Assembly (NCBI GenBank): GCA_963744145.1
Contig: CAVUSO010000001.1
Location: forward strand, 5,152,001 to 5,216,000
Origin: an uncultured cyanobacterium
GTDB taxonomy: Bacteria > Cyanobacteriota > Cyanobacteriia > Cyanobacteriales > CAWUOF01
Direction of reading: 5' to 3'
DNA: 64,000 nt
The notes under the pieces are model-generated. The model was not told the DNA's origin. It searched no databases and saw only the letters and a list, made by a program, of their open reading frames with translations. Positions 38,500 through 48,969 of this stretch are shown here, piece by piece. Both the position numbers and the translations under genes were made by a program. Every line of letters starts with the position of its first letter. Positions within the stretch are counted from its first letter, which is position 1.

Positions 38500-40125
38500 T
38501 TAATCCAATTCAATTCGGGTTTTGGTTAATTGTTTATTAGCTGACATTGGGGAGCTAAAGAGATCATAAATGATTGATAGGTTACCATCTGGTTTGGCTT
38601 TTACTTGCACAATCCCAAAATTATTGTGACGACATAAATGTAAAGTTTGAAACTGATAAGGAATGTTGTCTGGAAAATCCAGCATATTACCTGTCTCTTT
38701 AACTGTTGTCTCTAAAAACCGACGATTAGTTTTAGTAGTTGTCCCATAACAAATTGGACTAGAGGTAAGTTGAAAAACTTTGGCTGTGGGAAATTGTTGA
38801 TGGGAGATTTTAAACGCTGCTCCCATATAAACATTACCACTTAAAAATACTACTGGACGTTGAGTTTCTTGGGAAAAATTAAATACCAGTTCTAATAATT
38901 TATTACGCTCTTTCCAATTTGACTCATGTTCCCAATTATCTCTGATTTCATCAGTGATTTTCAAATTTCCTAATTCTAATTTATTGACTGCAAATGTGCT
39001 AAAATGGACGATGGGTATGGCCGAAACAATAAAAATTATTTTGCTCGAAATAGAATACTGGGCATTAATCCACTTTTCTAAACGTCCCCATTGTTCTAAT
39101 CCTAAAATTCGTAATTCCTGACGATTAAAATCGTAGCTATACCGTTCATCTAAAACATAGAAATTACCAAAACCATAATTGAATTCATAATCAAATTCTT
39201 CTGCTTTTGGATCACTATCGGGATTATGGGAATGTTCATATTCTTGATAAACTCGCTTGGCTGCTTGAAACATTTGCTGAGTCAAATTGAGATTAAAATC
39301 AGGATTTCTTAATTGCCAAGAAGTATCTAATAATGCTGATAATTCCTCTAAGGTATAAGTACCCCATCGTTCTAGGATTTCATGGTCATTCCAAACCATA
39401 TAATTAGTAAAGCTCCGTAAAACCTTATGGATTGGTTCTACACCCCAGTAAGCTCGATAAATATCTCGATACCAAAGAACCATATCATAAATAGATGGTT
39501 TATTTTGTTTTACTTTCTTTAACCAATTCCAGATATTAAAATGTTCATTACCATCCACATAGATTTGATTACCAGCACCAATGATAAAACGAGCATTAGC
39601 ATGAGCTAATTCCACGGGAAACTGTTCCCACATTTCCAAATTTGCTAACTCTTTTCCTTCATAGGGAAAGTTACAACTGTAAATCCCAAAAACAATTTCT
39701 GAAGGATTTTCTGGGAAGGTTTGAAAAGAAAGTTTTTCCTGATGACCCATTTCCCAAGGGCGATTTTTATTATTATAAAAAAGTGCATAATAATAGCTGG
39801 TATTAGGTTCGAGATTTTTTAAATCTATAATATTCGTTAAATCCGTATCGTAACCAAATGTCAATCGTTGTATAATCGTTTTTCTGCCACTTTTACTGGC
39901 AGAATCTAAACTACCGCTATGACTATTTTCTTGATTATTTAATTGAGGAATTCCAATTCCTCCTAAAGGGTTTTTTGAGATAATCAGCAAGTATTCACCA
40001 GGATTAGAAACTCGAAACCACATTCTTACTGTGGTTGAAGTAGTATGTCCGATCACACTTCCACTGGTTAAAAAAGGATTAGGCCAATTTTTTTTCTGAG
40101 TGTTATAAAATTTTAACAGTACCAC
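38500..40125 (-). CDS. PhoD-like metallophosphatase-fold protein with degenerate active site
   Basis: YSCN, GNQIYVD, WNDHEI, LGLEQW..L..W, SGNVY, QLTSSP. Confidence 0.8.
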   Translation of the reverse strand: MVLLKFYNTQKKNWPNPFLTSGSVIGHTTSTTVRMWFRVSNPGEYLLIISKNPLGGIGIPQLNNQENSHSGSLDSASKSGRKTIIQRLTFGYDTDLTNIIDLKNLEPNTSYYYALFYNNKNRPWEMGHQEKLSFQTFPENPSEIVFGIYSCNFPYEGKELANLEMWEQFPVELAHANARFIIGAGNQIYVDGNEHFNIWNWLKKVKQNKPSIYDMVLWYRDIYRAYWGVEPIHKVLRSFTNYMVWNDHEILERWGTYTLEELSALLDTSWQLRNPDFNLNLTQQMFQAAKRVYQEYEHSHNPDSDPKAEEFDYEFNYGFGNFYVLDERYSYDFNRQELRILGLEQWGRLEKWINAQYSISSKIIFIVSAIPIVHFSTFAVNKLELGNLKITDEIRDNWEHESNWKERNKLLELVFNFSQETQRPVVFLSGNVYMGAAFKISHQQFPTAKVFQLTSSPICYGTTTKTNRRFLETTVKETGNMLDFPDNIPYQFQTLHLCRHNNFGIVQVKAKPDGNLSIIYDLFSSPMSANKQLTKTRIELD

Positions 40126-40171
40126 ATTTAATCTCCTGTCAACTAGATATCCAAAATATGCAGATTAAAGT

Positions 40172-40357
40172 CTATTTATCGGGATTATTGCTAACATCTT
40201 CCTCTGGATGGTTAGAGTTTTTTAGTGGGAAGTCTGAAGATAAATTTTCTGACTCTTCAGTAGGGATATTTAGAGCTGTTTTTTCTCTTTGTGCTGACCA
40301 TTCAACTAACTGTTGAAACATTTTTTCGGTAATCTGAAAAACTGGTTCTTGTGTCAT
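40172..40357 (-). CDS. Small hypothetical protein
   Basis: 61-aa ORF co-oriented between moeA and the PhoD-like gene, with AGGAAG upstream. Confidence 0.45.
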   Translation of the reverse strand: MTQEPVFQITEKMFQQLVEWSAQREKTALNIPTEESENLSSDFPLKNSNHPEEDVSNNPDK

Positions 40358-40379
40358 AGTTTTGGCTTTTACTTCCTAA

Positions 40380-41627
40380 TTAATTAATTGGTAAAACCCG
40401 GATAAAATCTCCGGGTGCGATCGCAGTCTGACCCATCTCCATGACCCCAAGACCATTAATCTGGGTGATGCTAAGTAAATTACCGGAATTTTGGCTACCA
40501 GGAGCGAGGTGAAACTCATATTCACCATCAACTAGATGGAGATGACCCCAATAGTAAGTTTCTTTCTTACTATCACTAGCAAGATGGGAAAGCGATCGCG
40601 CTTTGACAAATATAGGTTTCCATCCCGATGCTAATCCAGTCAGCTTTTTTATAGCAGGTTGGACAAAGCGCCAAAAAGTGACTAAAGTAGAAACCGGATT
40701 CCCTGGTAATCCAAAATACAAAATTTGACGATCAGCAGTGGGAGAGCGAAATGTCGCAACTTTTAAAGGTTTCCCTGGTTTAACCGCAACTGCTGTGATT
40801 TCGATTTTAGCACCTAAAGTCTTTAAAATCTCCTGAATATAATCATAATCGCCGACAGAAACCCCACCAGTAGAGATGATGATGTCAGCAGTTGATGTAG
40901 ATGCAGCGATCGCCTTGGTTAAAGATTCCCGATTATCTTCAATAATACCCAACATTTGCACTTTTGCATTCAGCGCGGCTAGTGCTGTCGCTAAAGCATA
41001 CTGATTGGAGTCAATAATTTTTCCTGGACTTAGCGGTTGGGTTGGTGCTACCAATTCATTCCCGGTAGAAAAAATTGTGACTCGGGGACAACGATATACG
41101 GATATTTTAGTTTGTTGAGTTGCTGCTAAGAGGGCAATTTCTGGTGCTTGTAATATAATTCCCGGGGACAGTAGGGGAGTACCAGCTTGATAAAAAGATC
41201 CTTGGGGTCTGACAAATGCACCTAATTGACTGGGAGGAGCGCAAATTTCTACATGATTCCCCTGTCTGTGAGTTACTTCCTGCATTATGACCGTATCTGC
41301 ACCCTCTGGGATCATTGCTCCGGTAAAAATCCTTGCTGCTTGACCAGATTTTAAGGTAATTTGGGGGTTAACTCCAGCCTGAATTTCTGCGACAATAGTT
41401 AAACTGGCTGGTTGTTGGGCGCTACAATCTTGGACATCAGCAAATTTTACCGCATATCCATCCATAGCTGAGTTATCCCAATGGGGAAAATCGAGATTGC
41501 TGGTAATCGGAATTGCTAAAATTCGCGATCGAGCTGTCAATAAATCAACTATTTCTACATCCTGATGGACATCTAAAGGTTGGACTAAGTCTAGAATGAT
41601 TGATTCCGCTTGATTTACGGTGATCAT
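40380..41627 (-). CDS. moeA: Molybdopterin molybdotransferase
   Basis: NSAMDGYAV, IFTGA.IP.GAD, STGNEL, GGVSVGDYD, GLPGNPVS. Confidence 0.95.
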   Translation of the reverse strand: MITVNQAESIILDLVQPLDVHQDVEIVDLLTARSRILAIPITSNLDFPHWDNSAMDGYAVKFADVQDCSAQQPASLTIVAEIQAGVNPQITLKSGQAARIFTGAMIPEGADTVIMQEVTHRQGNHVEICAPPSQLGAFVRPQGSFYQAGTPLLSPGIILQAPEIALLAATQQTKISVYRCPRVTIFSTGNELVAPTQPLSPGKIIDSNQYALATALAALNAKVQMLGIIEDNRESLTKAIAASTSTADIIISTGGVSVGDYDYIQEILKTLGAKIEITAVAVKPGKPLKVATFRSPTADRQILYFGLPGNPVSTLVTFWRFVQPAIKKLTGLASGWKPIFVKARSLSHLASDSKKETYYWGHLHLVDGEYEFHLAPGSQNSGNLLSITQINGLGVMEMGQTAIAPGDFIRVLPIN

Positions 41628-41709
41628 GGTTAGTTTTTTTGGTGAGATGGGTAATACATTATCAAGGTAAAATTAGGATCAGACCAATTATGATAGTTAA
41701 AGCAAAAAT

Positions 41710-42384
41710 ATGCAACCAGATAGTGAATTATACTTAGCGGAAACTCAGTCATCAGGTGATGTCAGTGGTGCAGGAACATCATCTCTTACTGCTGAACAAT
41801 ATCAACGAAAAATGCAGCGTCGTAAAGAAGTACAAGTCCAAAGATTAGAAAAAGCGATCCCAGAGAAAGGATTAATCATTGTTCATACGGGGAATGGGAA
41901 AGGGAAAACTACTGCTGCTTTAGGGATGGTAATGCGATCGCTCGGTCATGGTTATCGAGTTGCGATTATTCAATTTATTAAAGGTGCTTGGGAACCAGCA
42001 GAAAAAGCCGTTTTACAACATTGGCAAGATCAGTTAGAATTTCATGCGATGGGAGAAGGTTTTACCTGGGAGACTCAAGATCGCGATCGAGATATTCAAA
42101 AAGCACAGGAAGCATGGGCAAAAGCTTTAACATATATTAGTAATCCTGCATATAAGCTAGTATTGTTAGATGAAGTTAATGTCGCCATGAAACTCGGTTA
42201 TTTACAAGCTGAAGATATTTTAGTAGGATTGGAACAAAAATCACCAAATTCCCATATTATTTTAACAGGTAGAGGAGCGCCACCAGCATTAATTGAACGG
42301 GCAGATTTAGTGACTGAAATGACTTTAATTAAACATCCTTTTCGAGAACAAGGAGTTAAAGCTCAACCTGGGATTGAATATTAA
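41710..42384 (+). CDS. cobO: Cob(I)yrinic acid a,c-diamide adenosyltransferase
   Basis: TGNGKGKTTAALG, QFIKG, LDE, LTGR, HPF..G..AQ.GIEY. Confidence 0.95.
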   Translation: MQPDSELYLAETQSSGDVSGAGTSSLTAEQYQRKMQRRKEVQVQRLEKAIPEKGLIIVHTGNGKGKTTAALGMVMRSLGHGYRVAIIQFIKGAWEPAEKAVLQHWQDQLEFHAMGEGFTWETQDRDRDIQKAQEAWAKALTYISNPAYKLVLLDEVNVAMKLGYLQAEDILVGLEQKSPNSHIILTGRGAPPALIERADLVTEMTLIKHPFREQGVKAQPGIEY

Positions 42385-42404
42385 TAATTAGCAAGAAGCG
42401 TAAC

Positions 42405-43973
42405 ATGATATCAGGACAAATAAAAAGTCAAATAGATACAATTTGGGATACATTTTGGTCGGGAGGTATCTCTAATCCTCTCGAAGTTATTGAACAGATT
42501 ACTTATCTGCTATTTATCCGTCGTCTGGATGATCTACATACCCTAGAAGAAAAGAAAGCTAATCGACTAAAACGTCCAATCCAAAACTGGATTTTTCCAG
42601 AAGGTGAATTTCCAGAGGGTGAACTATTTGAGGATAAAAAAATTAAAAAACGCCCATATAATGATTTACGTTGGTCAAGATTTAAGCATTTTGAAGCAGC
42701 GGAAATGTTTACAGTAGTTAATGATTATGTTTTTCCTTTTCTGAAAACTTTGGGAGGAGATAAATCGACCTATTCACACCACATGAAGGATGCTCGGTTC
42801 ACAATTCCTACTCCATCCCTATTATCAAAGGTTGTGGATTTACTGGATGCTGTACCGATGGAAGATCGGGATACAAAAGGTGATCTTTATGAATATATGT
42901 TGGGCAAAATTGCCACAGCAGGACAGAATGGACAGTTTCGCACACCGCGTCATATTATTCAGTTGATGGTAGAACTAACTGCACCAAATGAACGGGATAT
43001 TATTTGTGATCCTGCTAGTGGTACTTGTGGTTTTTTAGTAGCTGCTAGTGAATATTTGCGATCGCATCATCCCGAAATTTTACTCGATCCTAAATGGAAA
43101 GAACATTTTCATAAAGAGATGTTTCACGGGTTTGATTTTGATAATACCATGCTGCGAATTGGTAGTATGAATATGTTATTGCATGGTGTGGAAAATCCTG
43201 ATGTGCGTTACAAGGATTCTCTAGCACAGGAGCATTCTGCTGATGAAGAATCTTATACCCTGGTTTTAGCTAATCCTCCTTTTGCTGGGTCGTTAGATTA
43301 TGAGAATACAGCTAAAGATTTACAAGCGATCGTTAAGACTAAAAAAACTGAGTTGTTATTCCTAGCACTATTTTTAAGATTGTTAAAACCGGGGGGACGT
43401 GCTGCGGTAATTGTGCCCGATGGTGTGCTTTTTGGTTCTTCTAAAGCACATAAAGAACTGCGTCGTCTATTGGTAGAGGAGCAAAAGCTTGATGGTGTGA
43501 TTTCTCTTCCTGGTGGTGTATTTAAACCTTATGCAGGTGTTTCTACTGCTATTTTACTATTTACTAAAACTAATTCTGGGGGAACCGATTTTGTTTGGTT
43601 CTACGATGTAAATGCTGATGGGTGGAGTTTAGACGATAAAAGAACACCTTTACTTGCTGATGATAAATTAGGTGCTGTACCTAAGACCGAATTAACAGCA
43701 GAAGAACATCCTAAAAATAATCTACCTGATGTATTAAATCGTTGGCAAGAGAGAAATACTATAGAACGAGAGCGATCGCGTACAGATCAAAGTTTTTCTG
43801 TACCAAAAGCGGATATTGCAGCTCAGGGATATGACCTCAGTTTGAATCGTTATAAGGAAGTAGTCCATGAAGAAGTGGAACATCGCGCTCCTCAAGATAT
43901 CCTTGCTAATTTGGCAAAATTGGAAGCGGAAATTCAGCAGGGGATGAAGGAATTAGAGATGCTACTGAAATAA
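42405..43973 (+). CDS. hsdM: Type I restriction-modification methyltransferase subunit
   Basis: GQFRTPRHII, DPASGTCGFL, ANPPF. Confidence 0.95.
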   Translation: MISGQIKSQIDTIWDTFWSGGISNPLEVIEQITYLLFIRRLDDLHTLEEKKANRLKRPIQNWIFPEGEFPEGELFEDKKIKKRPYNDLRWSRFKHFEAAEMFTVVNDYVFPFLKTLGGDKSTYSHHMKDARFTIPTPSLLSKVVDLLDAVPMEDRDTKGDLYEYMLGKIATAGQNGQFRTPRHIIQLMVELTAPNERDIICDPASGTCGFLVAASEYLRSHHPEILLDPKWKEHFHKEMFHGFDFDNTMLRIGSMNMLLHGVENPDVRYKDSLAQEHSADEESYTLVLANPPFAGSLDYENTAKDLQAIVKTKKTELLFLALFLRLLKPGGRAAVIVPDGVLFGSSKAHKELRRLLVEEQKLDGVISLPGGVFKPYAGVSTAILLFTKTNSGGTDFVWFYDVNADGWSLDDKRTPLLADDKLGAVPKTELTAEEHPKNNLPDVLNRWQERNTIERERSRTDQSFSVPKADIAAQGYDLSLNRYKEVVHEEVEHRAPQDILANLAKLEAEIQQGMKELEMLLK

Positions 43974-44087
43974 TTTGTGTTTTTAGATGCAAGCAAACTT
44001 TTAGTATGTATAAATCGGAGGTTTTGATATGGTTTTACATGAACTAATGGCTAAAAGTTCTAGAAGATTCTAAAATAAAAAATGATC

Positions 44088-44508
44088 CAGCGGATGACCC
44101 ATTGATGAAGTACAGTAAGATTGTGGGACAGGCATCTTGCCTGTCCGATCAATTTGTCAGTTAAAGTCACTTGTGATTGATCTGTGTTGGTTGGGCGGGT
44201 TTATGATGTTGATCTATTTGTGTCAGAATTAACTGGTGAACCCGCCCCTACAAATCCTGGTTGATTGTGATCATAAATTCATCGACAATACATTTTTATG
44301 ATTTAGTTTAATCTTGAATTTCAGATTTTTTGGTAAATCGTACAAGATGCGAACAGGTTTATCAACTGTAGGGGCGGGTTCACCGATGAATTTGTTACAC
44401 ACAAGTAACTTTAATGAACCCGCCCTGCCCCACAGATCACCTTGATGAACTCACCCGATCTGACATCACAGACAACACTGCTATAGTTCATAAATCGGTC
44501 ATACGCTA
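44088..44508. mobile_element. MITE family A, copy 2 (complete)
   Basis: About 28-bp imperfect TIRs CAGCGGATGACCCATTGATGAAGTACAG / CTATAGTTCATAAATCGGTCATACGCTA; GATC on both flanks. Confidence 0.8.
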
Positions 44509-44535
44509 GATCTAATCTGATACTTTAATAAAATC

Positions 44536-44757
44536 ATGACTAAATCCGAACTCGAACAACAACTCCTTCAGCTTTCACCGAACGATAAACTGTATATTAT
44601 CCAATTCCTGGCACAAAGTCTGACTACACCCAAGACTTCTATAGCGCAACCCATCACACCCTTAGAATTTTTCCGTCAATCTCCTTTAGCTGAATGCGCT
44701 GAAGAATTAGACCTTAACCGCGATCGCAGTCTAGCTCGCGATAATTTCAACCTATGA
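44536..44757 (+). CDS. Small orphan antitoxin-like protein
   Basis: LEFFRQSPL...ELDLNRDRS C-terminus typical of VapC partners; no toxin follows. Confidence 0.55.
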   Translation: MTKSELEQQLLQLSPNDKLYIIQFLAQSLTTPKTSIAQPITPLEFFRQSPLAECAEELDLNRDRSLARDNFNL

Positions 44758-44811
44758 ATCACATCCTTATTATTTTCATCAATCGATAGTCAAAATATAG
44801 GAGAAAAAGCC

Positions 44812-45381
44812 ATGATAGTTGCAGCCGCTAAAAAGATGACTCTAGAAGACTTCCTTAATTATGACGATGGGACGGATACTTTATATGAATTAGAAAATGG
44901 AGAATTAATTCCGATGCCTTCTGAAAGTAATATTAATCAACGGATCGCTGTATTTCTGTTGATTTATTTTTCTCAATTAGGAATACCATCTTCTCGATTG
45001 CGGATGAAAGTTGAGTTAGCGGTGAATAGTAGATATGTAGGTGTGCGCGTTCCTGATTTAGTGGTATTTTCTGAAGAGTTAGCAATCTCAATGGAGGGAG
45101 CTAGTCGATCGCTAGTTTTAATGGATATGCCCCCACCCTTGTTGGTCGTTGAGGTAGTAAGTCCAAATCAGGAAAATCGGGATTATCGTTATAAGCGATC
45201 GGAGTATGCAGCGCGGGGAATTGCGGAGTATTGGATTGTTGATCCGATCGCTCAAAAGGTGACAGTGTTGGAATGGGTGGAGGGTTTTTATGATGAGATG
45301 GTGTATATGGGGGATAGTGTGATCGCATCACCTGTACTTGGTAGTTTAGATTTAACAGTGGCGCAAGTTTTGATGGGATAA
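44812..45381 (+). CDS. Uma2 family putative endonuclease
   Basis: RVPDLVV, LVVEVVSP, DYRYKRSEYAARGI.EYWIVDP. Confidence 0.92.
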   Translation: MIVAAAKKMTLEDFLNYDDGTDTLYELENGELIPMPSESNINQRIAVFLLIYFSQLGIPSSRLRMKVELAVNSRYVGVRVPDLVVFSEELAISMEGASRSLVLMDMPPPLLVVEVVSPNQENRDYRYKRSEYAARGIAEYWIVDPIAQKVTVLEWVEGFYDEMVYMGDSVIASPVLGSLDLTVAQVLMG

Positions 45382-45396
45382 TGGTATAATTTTGCT

Positions 45397-45451
45397 AAGA
45401 TAATCTCAGCACCCTGATTCATAAACCCACTTTTAAAAACTTGGTAGGTGA
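45397..45451 (+). repeat. 55-bp copy of an hsdR internal segment
   Basis: Matches 54312-54366 with 5 mismatches. Confidence 0.85.
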
Positions 45452-45538
45452 TGTTAGCCAGGAAATTCCAAGTAGAAACGGTATAGTATCTTTATGAACA
45501 ACTAAACAGAATAACAGATAACATAGCAGGAGATTCAC

Positions 45539-46594
45539 TTGACCACACATCAGCGCCAGATTGACATGATCTTTGGATCTCTAGAGTCTGCTGGCTTTCC
45601 GCGCAGCTTACAAAATGTATTGCTGTCCGAGTGGGTAACTCCAGAAGTCCTCTCAGATGATTCAGCATCATCCGAACTCGCTATCATCCTTGCAAAGCGA
45701 TTGGGTCTGCGTGCGAGTCCTCTTTTTGCTGCAAACCCGCGAGTTGAATTGCTTCGACAACGTGACATAAAGTACAAGCGATCGATTCCAAACAAGTCTA
45801 AGAATCTAACTGCTGCAACATCAATTGCGGTTAGTGTGGCGGAATCTATTGCATCAGCGTGTCAAGTCGAATTCCGATCGTTTGTAGATAGTGCCCAAAC
45901 CCTTCGTCAAGAGGTACTTGCTTCTTTTCCAGGTCAATGGTTGGGATTAAAGAATTTGTTGATGAGCTGTTGGTCACATGGAATACCAGTGGTTTATCTG
46001 AGTGATATTGGTAAAGGTGTGGCGAAAATGGATGGCACGGTGGTATATACAGATAGTCGGCCCGTCATAATTTTATCAAAAACCTCACCGTTTTGGGCAT
46101 GGCAACTCTTAATTTTAGCCCACGAAATTGCCCATATTGCGCTTGGTCATCTGGCTCCCTACGAAATATTGGTTGACGAGGAAATAAGCGAAGACTCCTA
46201 TCTCTTGAAGGATAATGACCCGGATGAATATGCAGCAGATAGGTTCGCGATTGAGCTGTTAAACGGTAAATCAAACGTGATTTATCCTATTTTAGGTAAT
46301 CTGGTCAACTCCGCAGAGCTAGCGATCGCTGCATATAATTATGGTAATAAATATTATATTGATCCTGGGCACACTATATTGAATTTTGCGAATCATGCTG
46401 AAAAATGGGATGTTGCTGATGCCGCAGCAAAGGTGCTACAGAATAATGATTCTTCTGCACCAATGGTTATTAATGAAATAATGTGGCGCGAGATTGACTC
46501 GGAAGCACTACCACTGGACACTATAGAGTTCATTGCTAGGGTGACTGGTTCATCAAGCCGTGAGGTCGCTTGTGAGTCGGCTGATTTTGATTGA
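45539..46594 (+). CDS. ImmA/IrrE-family Zn metallopeptidase
   Basis: LAHEIAHIALGH and E.AADRFA.ELL; TTG start with AGGAG upstream. Confidence 0.8.
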   Translation: MTTHQRQIDMIFGSLESAGFPRSLQNVLLSEWVTPEVLSDDSASSELAIILAKRLGLRASPLFAANPRVELLRQRDIKYKRSIPNKSKNLTAATSIAVSVAESIASACQVEFRSFVDSAQTLRQEVLASFPGQWLGLKNLLMSCWSHGIPVVYLSDIGKGVAKMDGTVVYTDSRPVIILSKTSPFWAWQLLILAHEIAHIALGHLAPYEILVDEEISEDSYLLKDNDPDEYAADRFAIELLNGKSNVIYPILGNLVNSAELAIAAYNYGNKYYIDPGHTILNFANHAEKWDVADAAAKVLQNNDSSAPMVINEIMWREIDSEALPLDTIEFIARVTGSSSREVACESADFD

Positions 46595-46642
46595 TAACGA
46601 TGCCATTTTTAAACTGATAATCAAGACATAGAAGAGATAATT

Positions 46643-47212
46643 ATGACAGTTGCAATTGCTAAAAAGATGTCTTTTGAAGACTTCCTCAATTATAACGATG
46701 GGACGGAGACTTTATATGAATTAGAAAATGGAGAATTAATTCCGATGCCTTCTGAAAGTGAACTAAATTGTCGGATAGCGATGTTTTTAGTTGCCTATTT
46801 TCTGAAGTTAGGTATTCCATATTATCGGTTAAGAATGAAAACAGAAATTGCTGTCCATAGCCGAATGGTGAGTGTGCGTGTTCCTGATTTGACGGTGTTT
46901 TCTGAAGAATTAGCTCAAGTGATGGAAGGAGCTACACGATCGCTAGTTTTAATGAATATGCCCCCACCCTTGTTGGTGGTTGAGATAGTAAGTCCGAATC
47001 AGGAAAATCGCGATTATCGTTATAAGCGATCGGAGTATGCAGCGCGAGGTATTTCTGAGTATTGGATTGTTGATCCGATCGCCCAAAAGGTGACAGTGTT
47101 GGAATGGGTAGAGGGTTTTTATGATGAGATGGTGTATATGGGGGATAGTGCGATCGCATCACCTGTACTTGGTAGTTTAGATTTAACAGCGGCGCAAGTT
47201 TTGATGGGATAA
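46643..47212 (+). CDS. Uma2 family putative endonuclease (paralog of 44812)
   Basis: Same motifs; 3' half nearly identical at DNA level. Confidence 0.92.
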   Translation: MTVAIAKKMSFEDFLNYNDGTETLYELENGELIPMPSESELNCRIAMFLVAYFLKLGIPYYRLRMKTEIAVHSRMVSVRVPDLTVFSEELAQVMEGATRSLVLMNMPPPLLVVEIVSPNQENRDYRYKRSEYAARGISEYWIVDPIAQKVTVLEWVEGFYDEMVYMGDSAIASPVLGSLDLTAAQVLMG

Positions 47213-47276
47213 TGGTATAATTTTACTGATTGAGAAATTTTGCTCATTAAACTTATAGACCACTGGGATAAGTGCT

Positions 47277-47648
47277 ATGCAAATAACTTTAGAAATACCT
47301 GATGAGATTGCTTTAAATTTAGAGTCTCACAAGAATAATTTACCGCAGATTTTAGCTCTGGGTTTACGAGAAATGGCTGCTAATCCTTCTATGGGTTTTT
47401 CTGGTCTTACAGAGGTTTTGGAGTTTTTGGCAAAGTTACCTTCACCCCAAGAAACTCTCGCGCTTCGTCTTTCTCCTACAGTTCAAGCACAAATTGATGC
47501 ACTCTTAGACAAAAATCGGACTGAAGGATTAGATGAAAGCGATCGCTGTCTATGGCAATATTACGAGTTTATAGAACATCTTGTCCGTCTTGCAAAAGCT
47601 CAAGCTTTACTTAAATTACATCAAAGTTCTACAATAGTAAGCTATTAA
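47277..47648 (+). CDS. Hypothetical antitoxin-like protein
   Basis: MQITLEIPDE N-terminus; EVLEFLA.LPSP...EHLVRLAKA. Confidence 0.6.
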   Translation: MQITLEIPDEIALNLESHKNNLPQILALGLREMAANPSMGFSGLTEVLEFLAKLPSPQETLALRLSPTVQAQIDALLDKNRTEGLDESDRCLWQYYEFIEHLVRLAKAQALLKLHQSSTIVSY

Positions 47649-47765
47649 ATATCGGGTTCGCGATCGCGTTTTGGCTGAGGCAATTTATATATAAAGTGTA
47701 TATTTATTAAAAATAAATATCATACTTAAAAAAGTTATATTCATAGAATTGGAGAAGATATTGGA

Positions 47766-48965
47766 ATGAGTATATGGACTAAATTTAGGCTTGGTGATTG
47801 CTGCGAGATTATTTCAGGGTCAACTCCAAGCACTAATGTAGAATCTTTTTGGAATGGTAATATTTGTTGGGCTACTCCTAAAGATTTGAGTCAACTTGAT
47901 GGGGCTTACATTTCTGATACTCCACGTAAACTAACACAAGCCGGCTTAGATAGCTGTGGGGCTACAATTCTTCCTATTAATTCTGTTTTATTCAGTTCTC
48001 GTGCGCCGATCGGACACGTTGCAATTAATACTATACCGATGGCAACAAATCAAGGTTTTAAAAGCTTTGTACCGAAAGATAATAAAGTTCATGCCAAGTT
48101 TTTATATCATTGGTTACGCAAAAATCGCACCTATCTTGAAAGTTTTGGTAATGGTGCAACATTCAAAGAAGTTTCTAAATCGATTGTTTCACGCATTGAA
48201 ATTAATCTTCCACCATTAGAAGAACAGAAACGGATTGCAGAGATACTCGATCGCGCCGAATCACTCAGGTCTAAACGTCGGGAAGCGATCGGGCAACTCG
48301 ACACCCTCACCCAATCCATCTTTCTAGAAATGTTTGGCGATCCAGTTACAAATCCTATGGGGTGGAAAAGATTGCCTTTTGCTGAACTGCTGACAAACAT
48401 CGACAGTGGATGGAGTCCAGTTTGTCTAGATCGTCCAGTTTCTGGTGAAGAATGGGGCGTTCTTAAATTAGGTGCAGTTACATGGTGTGAATATAATCCT
48501 ACTGAAAACAAAGCTCTTCCACGTGGTATTAAACCACATTCTAATTTAGAAGTAAAAAGTGGTGATTTGCTGTTTACACGAAAAAATACTTATGAACTAG
48601 TTGGAGCTTGTGTGATTGTTCGAGAGACTCCTCCCAGACTTCTGATGCCCGACCTTATTTTTCGTTTCCGTTTGCGTGCAGATGCTAGAATAAACCCATA
48701 CTTTTTACATCAACTTCTGATTTACCCGACAAAGCGCCGCAATATTCAGAAGCTTGCAGGAGGTTCAGCCAGTTCAATGCCTAATATTTCTAAGGCAAAG
48801 TTGCAAACAACACTTATTGAAGTTCCTCCATTAGACCTTCAAAAAGAATTTGCCAACCGTATTGAAACTGTAGAAAAACTCAAAGCATCTCACCGCACCT
48901 CATTATCAGAACTTGATGCTCTCTTCGCATCGCTCCAACATCGTGCATTCAGAGGAGAGTTATAA
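47766..48965 (+). CDS. hsdS: Type I restriction-modification specificity subunit
   Basis: Two TRDs with PPLEEQKRIA and PPLDLQKEFA conserved regions; ends AFRGEL. Confidence 0.95.
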   Translation: MSIWTKFRLGDCCEIISGSTPSTNVESFWNGNICWATPKDLSQLDGAYISDTPRKLTQAGLDSCGATILPINSVLFSSRAPIGHVAINTIPMATNQGFKSFVPKDNKVHAKFLYHWLRKNRTYLESFGNGATFKEVSKSIVSRIEINLPPLEEQKRIAEILDRAESLRSKRREAIGQLDTLTQSIFLEMFGDPVTNPMGWKRLPFAELLTNIDSGWSPVCLDRPVSGEEWGVLKLGAVTWCEYNPTENKALPRGIKPHSNLEVKSGDLLFTRKNTYELVGACVIVRETPPRLLMPDLIFRFRLRADARINPYFLHQLLIYPTKRRNIQKLAGGSASSMPNISKAKLQTTLIEVPPLDLQKEFANRIETVEKLKASHRTSLSELDALFASLQHRAFRGEL

Positions 48966-48969
48966 TAAA

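Noticed and set aside
44812..47212. Diversity-generating retroelement (TR/VR pair) in the Uma2 or ABC duplicates
   Set aside because: No reverse transcriptase in the window and differences do not appear confined to adenines
47766..48965. Phase-variable hsdS shufflon
   Set aside because: Only one hsdS, no silent TRD copies and no invertase seen
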